DNA of 24,000 bases. Source: Tepidibacter sp. (lineage in GTDB: Bacteria; Bacillota; Clostridia; Peptostreptococcales; Peptostreptococcaceae). Every line of letters starts with the position of its first letter. Position 1 is the stretch's first letter. Shown here in pieces: positions 17,411 to 24,000 of the stretch. Both the position numbers and the translations under genes were made by a program. Where the stretch lies: positions 36,165 to 60,164 of the forward strand of contig NZ_JAOASI010000029.1 in the NCBI RefSeq assembly GCF_025210165.1, given 5' to 3'. The notes beneath the pieces are model-generated. The model was given only the letters and a program-made list of their open reading frames with translations, did no database searches and had not been told where the DNA came from.

Positions 17411-17641
17411 ATTTCCCCCTCTAATATTTTTTATCTTTATATTTAAAAACATTTTCATTAATTTAACAAAACTATATACATACATTTTACCTAACCATTG
17501 AACTATTAACAATATAGTTTTAATAAAATACTACTAATTTACTAATTATTCCACAGTATACCAATCTATATTGCCTATTTTTATCAAGTTCAACATAAAT
17601 AAATTGAATATTATAATGCACAAGACTATTTTCTACATGAA

Positions 17642-17671
17642 ATTATATCATTTTTTATATGTCTTTGTCTA
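17642..17671 (-). promoter_or_regulatory. Candidate sigma-A promoter of the flagellar operon (TAGACA - 18 nt - TGaTATAAT, extended -10)
   Basis: Minus-strand reading: TAGACA at 17671-17666 and TG at 17650-17649, with TATAAT at 17647-17642. This is the best match in the 615-bp region. A weaker alternative is TTGAAC-17-TATAGA at 17593-17565. No sigma-D-like TAAA-N15-GCCGATAT was seen. Confidence 0.4.
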
Positions 17672-17692
17672 TTTTTCAATTTAATAATTACT

Positions 17693-17731
17693 TACTTTAA
17701 TTATTTACTTTAATTATTTACTTTAATTATA
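17693..17731. repeat. Three head-to-tail 13-bp direct repeats (TACTTTAATTATT) in the flgB/MFS divergent intergenic region
   Basis: Copies at 17693-17705, 17706-17718 and 17719-17731; the last base of copy 3 is A. Related TACTAATTATT/ACTAATTT motifs lie at 17533-17550. Confidence 0.9.
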
Positions 17732-17794
17732 CACTTTTTCTAATATAAAATCCAAAAAAACACATCATTTTAATATTAATTTTACATTTCATAT

Positions 17795-17824
17795 TTAACA
17801 ATTAAATTAAACAATACCTAATAT
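17795..17824 (+). promoter_or_regulatory. Candidate sigma-A promoter for the MFS transporter gene (TTAACA - 18 nt - TAATAT)
   Basis: Hexamers at 17795-17800 and 17819-17824. AT-rich context makes false positives likely. Confidence 0.3.
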
Positions 17825-17880
17825 GGACTTTGTGTCAAATTTATGTTAATCTATTTTTATTTCGTATTAAAGTTAAACTT

Positions 17881-17993
17881 AATTCAGATGGAGTTTTTAT
17901 TCCAACTGAATTTCTAGTTAAACCAATCCAGAAGCTGTAGAGTTCTTATCTCTATCCCTAAGAGGATGGAGTTTTAGAATTCTTAGCTTTCGG
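17881..17993 (+). promoter_or_regulatory. Candidate structured 5' leader RNA upstream of the MFS gene (two extended helices, class unknown)
   Basis: Helix 1: 17881-17891 AATTCAGATGG pairs with 17902-17912 CCAACTGAATT (one mismatch), followed by TTTCTAGTT. Helix 2: 17928-17946 pairs with 17976-17993 (G-U pairs, one bulge) and encloses the hairpin CTCTATCC(17950-57)-CTAAGA-GGATGGAG(17964-71). The 11-mer GATGGAGTTTT is present at 17887-17897 and 17965-17975. Confidence 0.35.
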
Positions 17994-18025
17994 ATAAACT
18001 AACAAATTTAGAAAGGACAATAATT

Positions 18026-19177
18026 ATGACAAAGAATTTAAAGTACAAACCAGCAATATTTTTTATTTTTCTAAATATGCTTATTATAGGTTTTTGTGAA
18101 AGTATGAAAGGAGTATTTGTTTCTCAATTTAAGGAAGTATTCCAAATTCCCGATTCCTCAATAGGACTTATGTTCTCTCTTTCCGTATTTGGATACATAA
18201 TTTCAACATATGTAGGAGGTATACTTTGTTCTAAATTCGGCCAAAAAAAAATCCTTATTTTTTCTACTATAATAACAGGAATATCTTATCTAATAACATC
18301 CATTGCTCCTACGTTCACCATATTGTTAATTTCTGTGTTTACAACAAACATAGGTACAGGTCTTCAAGCTATATCAGTAAATTCTATATCGCCGATTTTA
18401 TTTGTTACTTATAGTACAATACTTATAAATCTTACTCACTTTTTTTACGGTTTTGGAGTTAGTATAAGTCAAAAATTTTCTGGAAACATGATTTTAAAAG
18501 GTTTCACTTTTAGAGACGTATTTTTGATAAATAGTGGATTAATGTTATTATCTATATTTTTAATATTATTTATTAGCTTTCCAAAAATAGAGAGTATAAG
18601 TACAAAATCGAACATATATAAAACTTTAAAAAATAAACTAGTTTTATTATTTATACTTGCACAAGGTTTATATGTTTTTTCTGAAGTAGGATTTTTAAAT
18701 TGGTTTGTCAACTTTGCACAAACTTCATATAATTTCACAGTAGATAAAGCAACTCACTATTCCGCTATTTTCTTTCTAGTATTTACTTTCGGAAGATTAA
18801 CAGGAGGCTTCGTAGTCCATAGGTTAGGTACAAAAAAATCTATGATAACTTATTTATCAATGTCATTAATATTATTTTGGAGTGGATATTTGTTAAAGTC
18901 TAATTTTGTAGTATTAATATCACTTTCAGGATTTTTCTTTTCAATAATTTTCCCAACAACAATAACTATAATAGGAGAAGTATTTAAGGAAAATACTTCA
19001 TATGTAATGGGATTAATATTATCATTTGTTTCCATTGTAAACATGCTGATGAATAGCTTAATGGGTATGTTATCCACTTCTTTATCACCATATACAGCTT
19101 TTTGTCTAATACCTATAGCTCTAAGCTTGTCTTTATTTTTCTATACTAATATATTCAAAAAAATAGAAACCCTATAA
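18026..19177 (+). CDS. MFS-family transporter (12 predicted TM segments), substrate unknown
   Basis: 383 aa and almost entirely hydrophobic helices. MFS motif-A-like loop GGILCSKFGQKK between TM2 and TM3, and a second-half equivalent RLTGGFVVHRLGTKK. AAAGGA Shine-Dalgarno sequence 8 nt upstream of the ATG. Confidence 0.85.
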   Translation: MTKNLKYKPAIFFIFLNMLIIGFCESMKGVFVSQFKEVFQIPDSSIGLMFSLSVFGYIISTYVGGILCSKFGQKKILIFSTIITGISYLITSIAPTFTILLISVFTTNIGTGLQAISVNSISPILFVTYSTILINLTHFFYGFGVSISQKFSGNMILKGFTFRDVFLINSGLMLLSIFLILFISFPKIESISTKSNIYKTLKNKLVLLFILAQGLYVFSEVGFLNWFVNFAQTSYNFTVDKATHYSAIFFLVFTFGRLTGGFVVHRLGTKKSMITYLSMSLILFWSGYLLKSNFVVLISLSGFFFSIIFPTTITIIGEVFKENTSYVMGLILSFVSIVNMLMNSLMGMLSTSLSPYTAFCLIPIALSLSLFFYTNIFKKIETL

Positions 19178-19196
19178 TAGGGTTCCTATTTTTTTT
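19157..19196. terminator. Bidirectional rho-independent terminator between the convergent MFS and yerC-like genes
   Basis: Hairpin AACCCT(19168-73)-ATAAT-AGGGTT(19179-84), flanked by A7 (19157-63) and T8 (19189-96). Overlaps the MFS stop codon (19175-77) and abuts the yerC-like stop (19186-88). Confidence 0.8.
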
Positions 19197-19482
19197 GAGT
19201 TCTATCAAGCATCATATTATATCCATTTGCTCCATAATTCAGGCATCTGCTAACCCTGCTTATAGTAGCTGTACTAGCTCCTGTATTTTCTTCTATTTCT
19301 GTATAGGTTTTATTATTTCTTAACATTTTAGCAACTTGCAATCTTTGTGATAGAGATTTCAATTCTTTTACAGTACATATATCTTCAAAAAACATGTAAC
19401 ATTCCTCTATAGTATTAATTTTCAATATAATCTCAAATAAATCGTCTATATTCTTCTCTTTTAATTTCGACTTATAATTCAT
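19186..19482 (-). CDS. yerC: YerC/YecD-family TrpR-like DNA-binding protein
   Basis: …DLFEIILKINTIEECYMFFEDICTVKELKSLSQRLQVAKMLRNNKTYTEIEENTGASTATISRVSRCLNYGANGYNMMLDR closely matches my recollection of Bacillus YerC (…GASTATISRVKRCLNYG…). The ORF opens at ATG 19494, but GAGGAG abuts that codon, so ATG 19482 (MNYKSK…) is preferred. Confidence 0.88.
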   Translation of the reverse strand: MNYKSKLKEKNIDDLFEIILKINTIEECYMFFEDICTVKELKSLSQRLQVAKMLRNNKTYTEIEENTGASTATISRVSRCLNYGANGYNMMLDRTQKK

Positions 19483-19626
19483 TTTAATTCTCATCTCCTC
19501 ATAAATAAGTTTACCATATATATCCTAAATCATATTAATCAAAAATATATTTCTTCTCTATATACTATCATTTTTATGAGTAGATAACAATTTTTATATA
19601 TTTGTATTTGAAGCTATATTCTAAGA

Positions 19627-20556
19627 TTATTTTATTTTATTATTTATTAGCTCTATATAATGTTTTGTTCTTTTATCCTTTATATCAGCCCCCTCATACC
19701 AAGATTGTAAACTATCTATATCCTCATAAAGATATTTTGCTTTATATATAAATTCTGGCCTATATTCGAAATGTAATATATCAAAATGTTTCCATTTTCC
19801 TCCCCATATAAAGTTATTATTTTCAAATATTTTTACAATGTTTTTGGGATAAGAGTTTAATCTTTTTTTTCCTGCTTCTTTTGATGCCCATTTCCAATAA
19901 TCACTTTTATTACTCGCCAAATCAATTGCTATTCCAAATGAATGTGGACTTAGTCTATTAGTCCCAGATATAACTCTATAATTAAAAGTTCCACTTATAG
20001 GATATATATATTTATATACTGTATTATCCACCTTACAGATATTTATGACTTCATTCATAGATTTATTTAAATTTTCATAAGCATTATTTTTACTATTAAA
20101 TGCATAATATTTATTCCCAAATTTCAAATTTTTTAAATTTGCTTCAATCTCTTTTTTTGTATTTCCATACACTTCTTTTAGTAATTGATAATGCCTTATC
20201 CTACCCGGATCTTCATTTGCTATATCATTTATATTTTTTAGATTGTATTGTTGTTCCATCATATCCTGTAAATCTGGATTATTTATTTTTTCTTGTATGG
20301 TTTTATTTTTTTTATCATCATAAAGTATTCTATTCCCAGATTTCATTATTAAATATACTTTATTATCATATGTTTCAATATCTACAACCGCTCCACTATA
20401 TCCCATCATTATTGATAGTATATTTCTTTTCATATTTATACTATATTCTTTATCCTCTTGATTTTTGAAAGCTGTATAGTCTTCGTCTTTTGTGAATAAA
20501 AAAAATGCACTTATAAATAATATCCCTATTGTAGCAAATACACATATCTTTTTCAC
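19627..20556 (-). CDS. Membrane-anchored or secreted M15-family (LAS-type) zinc peptidoglycan peptidase
   Basis: N-terminal signal/anchor (MKKICVFATIGILFISAFFLF). LAS metal-binding motifs H-x6-D (SPHSFGIAIDL) and a distal His (WGGKWKHFDILHFEY). GTG start at 20556, with AAGGAGG 11 nt upstream. Confidence 0.8.
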   Translation of the reverse strand: MKKICVFATIGILFISAFFLFTKDEDYTAFKNQEDKEYSINMKRNILSIMMGYSGAVVDIETYDNKVYLIMKSGNRILYDDKKNKTIQEKINNPDLQDMMEQQYNLKNINDIANEDPGRIRHYQLLKEVYGNTKKEIEANLKNLKFGNKYYAFNSKNNAYENLNKSMNEVINICKVDNTVYKYIYPISGTFNYRVISGTNRLSPHSFGIAIDLASNKSDYWKWASKEAGKKRLNSYPKNIVKIFENNNFIWGGKWKHFDILHFEYRPEFIYKAKYLYEDIDSLQSWYEGADIKDKRTKHYIELINNKIK

Positions 20557-20689
20557 TTAAATCTATACCTCCTTTATATCTTTATTTAAATTCACATTAT
20601 TAGTATTATCTTTAATTTCATGTATATTTAGACCAATTTCAACCTTTTTATTTACATATATTTCAAAATCAATAATTTGTATCAATAAT

Positions 20690-20727
20690 AAAAAAAATCT
20701 TCCTTTAAAATATTTTCAAAGGAAGAC
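20690..20727 (-). terminator. Rho-independent terminator downstream of the MATE gene
   Basis: Stem TCTTCCTTT(20698-20706)/AAAGGAAGA(20718-20726) with an 11-nt loop. On the minus strand it is followed by a U8 tract (plus-strand A8 at 20690-20697). Starts 6 nt after the MATE stop. Confidence 0.85.
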
Positions 20728-20732
20728 TTTTT

Positions 20733-22115
20733 TTATATGTGTTTAACAATATTTTTTATCCATCTATCAGATTTCAATCTCTTATAGCCTATCATAAACT
20801 TGGCTATTTCTTCAATAGTAACTAATGCATAAACATAGTGTACAGGTAATTTAAATACAAATGCTCCTAAAAATGCAATTGGAACTCCTATCATCCACAT
20901 AGTAAAAGCTTCTATATATAATGAGTATTTGGAATCTCCTCCACCTCTTAGAACACCCACTACTAATAATATGTTGAATACTCTTATTACTAATATTGTA
21001 CAAATTGTATATATCATCATCAAACAATAATAGGTAACTGTATCTGAAATATTGAAAAACGATAATATATAAGAAGACATATTGTATAATAGTATAGAAA
21101 TAAAGAAACCCACCAAACAACCTACTATTAGAATTTTTTTAGCATAAACCTTAGCCTCTTCTTCTTTACCTGAACCTACTTTATTTCCTATCATTACAAC
21201 CGTAGCGCTTGCCATAGAAAAAATAACTACCATAAATAAATTATGTATAGTATTACATATTTGAACAGCAGCCATAGCTTGTGTACCTATTCTTCCATAA
21301 ACAATAGAATATACAACAAATCCTGCCCCCCAACATGCTTCATTCAATACAACAGGTATAACTGTTTTATATATTTTATTTATAAATAATTTATTAAAAT
21401 CAAAAATTTGTTTAAATTTTGCATACAATACTCCTTTTTTACAATATATAAGTCCTATTAGTAAAATCATTTCTATTATTCTAGATATTAAAGTCGCAAT
21501 AGCAGCACCTTTAACTCCCATAAAAGGAATCCCAAATTTTCCAAATATAAGTACATAATTCAGAAACGTATTACATGCTAATGCTATACTACTTACAATC
21601 ATAGGCAGTAATACATTTTCTATAGACCTAGATGCAAAACTATAATTAAATGTGATAGCTGTGAATATGTAGCTCATAGATACTATTCTTAAATATTCCC
21701 CCCCATGCGCTATAACTGTTGCATTTGTATTAAACAATCCTATAATTTCATTAGGTATAACTAATGCTACAATTGTAAATATTACGGATACAATGCTTCC
21801 TGACAACAACCCTAAACCTAATACTCGTCTTATATTGTCACAATCTTTTTTACCCCAAAATTGAGAAATAAAAATGCTACACCCACTAAAGATCCCCATT
21901 ATAATAAGATTAAAGAAGAAAAAATATTGATTTGCTATACCAACTGCAGCTATTTGTGTTTCACCTACCTTACCTATCATCATAGTATCTATCATATTCA
22001 ATGATGATGCTATAAAATGTTGTATTGTTATTGGAATTGATATTTTTAATAGATTTTTATAAAATTCAGAATCTTCAAACAACACTACCAATAATTTATT
22101 ATTCAGTAATTTCAC
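20733..22115 (-). CDS. MATE-family efflux transporter
   Basis: 460 aa, 12 TM. N-terminal MATE pattern (LLKISIPITIQHFIASSLNMIDTMMIGKVGETQIAAVGIANQ) and an internal duplication of the 6-TM unit. GTG start at 22115, 5 nt after GGGGGGAG. Confidence 0.9.
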   Translation of the reverse strand: MKLLNNKLLVVLFEDSEFYKNLLKISIPITIQHFIASSLNMIDTMMIGKVGETQIAAVGIANQYFFFFNLIIMGIFSGCSIFISQFWGKKDCDNIRRVLGLGLLSGSIVSVIFTIVALVIPNEIIGLFNTNATVIAHGGEYLRIVSMSYIFTAITFNYSFASRSIENVLLPMIVSSIALACNTFLNYVLIFGKFGIPFMGVKGAAIATLISRIIEMILLIGLIYCKKGVLYAKFKQIFDFNKLFINKIYKTVIPVVLNEACWGAGFVVYSIVYGRIGTQAMAAVQICNTIHNLFMVVIFSMASATVVMIGNKVGSGKEEEAKVYAKKILIVGCLVGFFISILLYNMSSYILSFFNISDTVTYYCLMMIYTICTILVIRVFNILLVVGVLRGGGDSKYSLYIEAFTMWMIGVPIAFLGAFVFKLPVHYVYALVTIEEIAKFMIGYKRLKSDRWIKNIVKHI

Positions 22116-22166
22116 TACATCTCCCCCCTTTCAAAAAACAAATCCATTGCCTAAATTTTACAGACA

Positions 22167-22195
22167 ATTATACTTTATGACAGTTTAATTGTCAA
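22167..22195 (-). promoter_or_regulatory. Consensus sigma-A promoter of the MATE gene (TTGACA - 17 nt - TATAAT)
   Basis: Minus strand TTGACA at 22195-22190 and TATAAT at 22172-22167, with an exact 17-nt spacer. Overlapped by the 8-bp inverted repeat GACAATTA/TAATTGTC (22163-22170 and 22186-22193). Confidence 0.6.
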
Positions 22196-22230
22196 TTTAT
22201 ATTCTTATGTAATCACATAATGCTTCTCTT

Positions 22231-22260
22231 AACAAAAAGAAGATGCATAAGCATCTTCTT
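22231..22260 (-). terminator. Rho-independent terminator downstream of the ABC-F gene
   Basis: Stem AAGAAGATGC(22237-46)/GCATCTTCTT(22251-60) with loop ATAA. On the minus strand it is followed by UUUGUU. The stem overlaps the stop codon by 2 nt. Confidence 0.75.
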
Positions 22261-23875
22261 ATTTGTACATTTCTTTTAATTTAGATTGTATATCTTTGTT
22301 TTCTAAATACTCATCAAACTGCATACTTCTATCCATTAATCCACTTGGAGTTATTTCTATTACTCTATTAGCTATAGTTTGTATAAACTGATGGTCATGA
22401 GATGTAAATAATATACTTCCAGTAAAATTAATCAATCCTTTATTTACAGACGTTATAGATTCAAGATCAAGATGGTTTGTAGGTTCATCTAAAACTAATA
22501 CATTTGCATTAGATAACATAAGCTTAGATAGCATACATCTAACTTTTTCTCCTCCAGATAATACATTTGCATTTTTAAGTGCTTCTTCTCCAGAGAAAAT
22601 CATTCTTCCTAAAAATCCCCTTATAAAACTTTCAGATTTTTCCTCTGAGTATTGTCTTAACCAGTCAACTAATGACAATTCAATACCATCAAAATAGTTA
22701 TTATGGTTTTTAGGTAAATAGTCTTGAGATGTTGTAACTCCCCATTTGAAAGTTCCTTCATCAGGTTCTACAACACCCATTAATATATCAAATAATGTAG
22801 TCTTAGCTATTTCATCACCTAAGAATATTACTTTATCATCTTTTTCTAATCTGAAACTTACATTATCAAGAACCTTAACACCATCTATAGTTTTAGATAT
22901 TCCTTCTACTGTTAATAATTCTTTTCCAACTTCTCTTTCAGGTGTAAATCCAACAAAAGGATACCTTCTTCTAGATGGTTGAATATCTTCTAAAGTTAGC
23001 TTATCTAATTGTTTTTTTCTAGATGTAGCTTGTTTTGCTTTAGATGCATTTGAACTAAATCTTGCAATGAATTCTTTTAATTGCTTAATCTTTTCCTCTG
23101 TTTTTTTATTTTGATCCTTAGACATTTGTAATGCTAATTGACTAGATTCATACCAAAAATCGTAATTTCCAACATACATTTGTATTTTCCCAAAATCAAC
23201 ATCTGCCATATGAGTACATACCTTATTTAAAAAATGTCTATCATGTGATACTACTATTACAGCAGTATCTTCTAAATCCATAATAAAGTTTTCTAACCAG
23301 TTTATTGACTTAAAATCTAAATGGTTAGTAGGCTCATCCATAAGTAGTATGTCAGGTTTTCCAAATAAAGCCTGCGCTAATAATACTTTGACTTTTTCAG
23401 CACCTGATAATTCTTTCATTTGTTTATAGTGTAAGTCTTTAGGTAATCCAAGACCCATTAAAATCATCTCAGCTTCTGTTTCTGCTTCCCATCCATTTAA
23501 TTCAGCAAATTCTCCTTCAAGTTCAGCTGCTTTTATCCCGTCTTCATCTGTAAAATCAGTTTTTGCATATAACTCTTCTTTTTCTTTAATTATCTGATGT
23601 AATCTTTTATGACCCATTATAACTGTATTTATTACAACTTCTTCGTCATATTGGAAATGATCCTGTTTTAATACAGATAATCGTTCTCCAGGAGTTACAG
23701 ATATATCCCCTTCATTAGCTTCTACTTCTCCAGATAACACCTTTAAAAATGTAGATTTACCAGCTCCATTAGCACCTATTACTCCATAGCAATTTCCTTT
23801 ATTAAATTTTATATTAACATCTTTAAATAACTGTTTGTCTCCGTATCTTAATCCTATTCCAGTAGCTTGTAACAT
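22259..23875 (-). CDS. ABC-F family ATPase (tandem NBDs, no TM domain), YbiT-like
   Basis: NBD1 has Walker A GANGAGKST, signature LSGAE and Walker B ILLMDEPTNHLD. A K/Q-rich inter-domain linker follows. NBD2 has signature LSGGE and Walker B VLVLDEPTNHLD. Blocks such as VSHDRHFLNKVCTHMADVDFGKIQMYVGNYD resemble E. coli YbiT as I recall it. Start placed at ATG 23875 (MLQATG…), 6 nt after GGAGG; the ORF opens at 23893. Confidence 0.92.
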   Translation of the reverse strand: MLQATGIGLRYGDKQLFKDVNIKFNKGNCYGVIGANGAGKSTFLKVLSGEVEANEGDISVTPGERLSVLKQDHFQYDEEVVINTVIMGHKRLHQIIKEKEELYAKTDFTDEDGIKAAELEGEFAELNGWEAETEAEMILMGLGLPKDLHYKQMKELSGAEKVKVLLAQALFGKPDILLMDEPTNHLDFKSINWLENFIMDLEDTAVIVVSHDRHFLNKVCTHMADVDFGKIQMYVGNYDFWYESSQLALQMSKDQNKKTEEKIKQLKEFIARFSSNASKAKQATSRKKQLDKLTLEDIQPSRRRYPFVGFTPEREVGKELLTVEGISKTIDGVKVLDNVSFRLEKDDKVIFLGDEIAKTTLFDILMGVVEPDEGTFKWGVTTSQDYLPKNHNNYFDGIELSLVDWLRQYSEEKSESFIRGFLGRMIFSGEEALKNANVLSGGEKVRCMLSKLMLSNANVLVLDEPTNHLDLESITSVNKGLINFTGSILFTSHDHQFIQTIANRVIEITPSGLMDRSMQFDEYLENKDIQSKLKEMYK

Positions 23876-23924
23876 TGTTTTCCTCCATTTCATATTTCAT
23901 CGTCTTTTTGAATGTACGTTATAC

Positions 23925-23953
23925 ATTCTACATTTTTAACAGTGTATTTTCAA
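23925..23953 (-). promoter_or_regulatory. Candidate sigma-A promoter of the ABC-F gene (TTGAAA - 17 nt - TAGAAT)
   Basis: Minus strand TTGAAA at 23953-23948 and TAGAAT at 23930-23925. A 7-bp inverted repeat GAATGTA-N5-TACATTC (about 23910-23928) overlaps the -10/TSS region. Confidence 0.5.
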
Positions 23954-24000
23954 TAGTTTTTGAGTATTTATTTATGTAAAATCAATTTTTTTATATATTA

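Noticed and set aside
17411-17512. 34-codon N-terminal extension of flgB given by the ORF track (TTG at 17512).
   Set aside because: There is no Shine-Dalgarno sequence before 17512, and the extension has no rod-protein similarity. A strong AGAGGGGG Shine-Dalgarno sequence precedes ATG 17410, which yields a canonical FlgB N-terminus.
17888-17917. Nine-codon mini-ORF (MEFLFQLNF) in the MFS leader as a ribosome-stalling leader peptide. A second ATG-GAG-TTT-TAG lies at 17966-17977.
   Set aside because: The first has no purine-rich Shine-Dalgarno sequence upstream. In the second, the AAGAGG abuts the ATG with zero spacing. Translation of either is unlikely.
17881-17993. Resemblance of GAUGGAGUU in the MFS leader to the P1 loop of the fluoride (crcB) riboswitch.
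   Set aside because: The similarity is limited to that 9-mer. The tight GGCG/CGCC-type P1 closure is absent, as are the conserved AUAAACGC junction and the CUAAUGA…CCUAC 3' pseudoknot strand. The downstream gene is not a CrcB/EriC-F type either.
17411-18025. C. difficile-style c-di-GMP (GEMM-I) riboswitch or invertible flagellar switch upstream of flgB.
   Set aside because: I found no GC-rich GEMM-like core and no inverted-repeat pair of 15 bp or more that could flank an invertible segment. The only inverted repeats are short AT-only stems. No recombinase gene is nearby.
18243-18251. A9 homopolymer inside the MFS coding region (and the A8 run at the fliL start, about 4424-4431) as phase-variation switches.
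   Set aside because: A/T runs of this length are expected by chance at this base composition. All affected reading frames are intact, and there is no evidence of frame heterogeneity.
18469-19077. Minus-strand ORFs 18469-18738 and 18850-19077 inside the MFS gene. Also ORFs 20100-20468 (+), 20851-21120 (-, alternate frame inside MATE) and 22746-22982 (+).
   Set aside because: They are embedded in or antisense to longer, well-supported genes, and none has a recognisable motif or RBS.
19627-20556. M15 peptidase as the missing peptidoglycan-remodelling enzyme for flagellar rod insertion.
   Set aside because: It is separated from the operon by two unrelated genes and is independently transcribed. 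Nothing in the sequence links it to flagella. This is pure guilt by loose proximity.
18026-23893. MFS + MATE + ABC-F + M15 peptidase read as an antibiotic-resistance or efflux island.
   Set aside because: Each gene has its own promoter and terminator. There are no mobility genes, flanking repeats or compositional shift. The ABC-F looks like a housekeeping YbiT type rather than an ARE type, and the M15 enzyme has LAS/endopeptidase motifs rather than a clear VanY signature. The co-location is most simply coincidental.

Overview
Low-GC (under 30% by eye) Firmicutes, Clostridium-like chromosomal segment. Positions 1-17410 on the minus strand form one tightly packed fla/che-type flagellar operon: flgB-flgC-fliE-fliF-fliG-fliH-fliI-fliJ-(YlxF/MotE-like)-fliK-flgD-flgE-flbD-motA-motB-fliL-fliM-fliY-cheY-fliO-fliP-fliQ-fliR. 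fliR runs off the window start. Gene junctions are 0-30 nt or overlapping. Upstream of flgB is a 615-bp very AT-rich divergent control region (17411-18025). The rest is unrelated housekeeping or envelope genes: an MFS transporter (+), then on the minus strand a YerC/TrpR-like protein, an M15 (LAS-type) peptidase, a MATE efflux transporter and a YbiT-like ABC-F ATPase. These are separated by recognisable promoters and rho-independent terminators. I see no tRNA/rRNA, CRISPR array, transposase or integrase, toxin-antitoxin or defence-type genes. I found no convincing previously undescribed multi-gene system; this reads as a canonical motility locus plus ordinary flank. The observations worth a second look are small-scale. 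They include the flgB control region (extended -10 promoter candidate preceded by three phased 13-bp direct repeats, then a roughly 225-nt leader) and a structured roughly 195-nt leader upstream of the MFS gene with a duplicated 11-mer that allows alternative pairing. Others are a 5x21-bp in-frame repeat in the FliK ruler region, a degenerate Walker A in NBD2 of the ABC-F protein, an enlarged YlxF/MotE-like protein, and heavy use of TTG/GTG starts and poly-G Shine-Dalgarno tracts. All family assignments come from reading motifs in the supplied translations. No database search was run.
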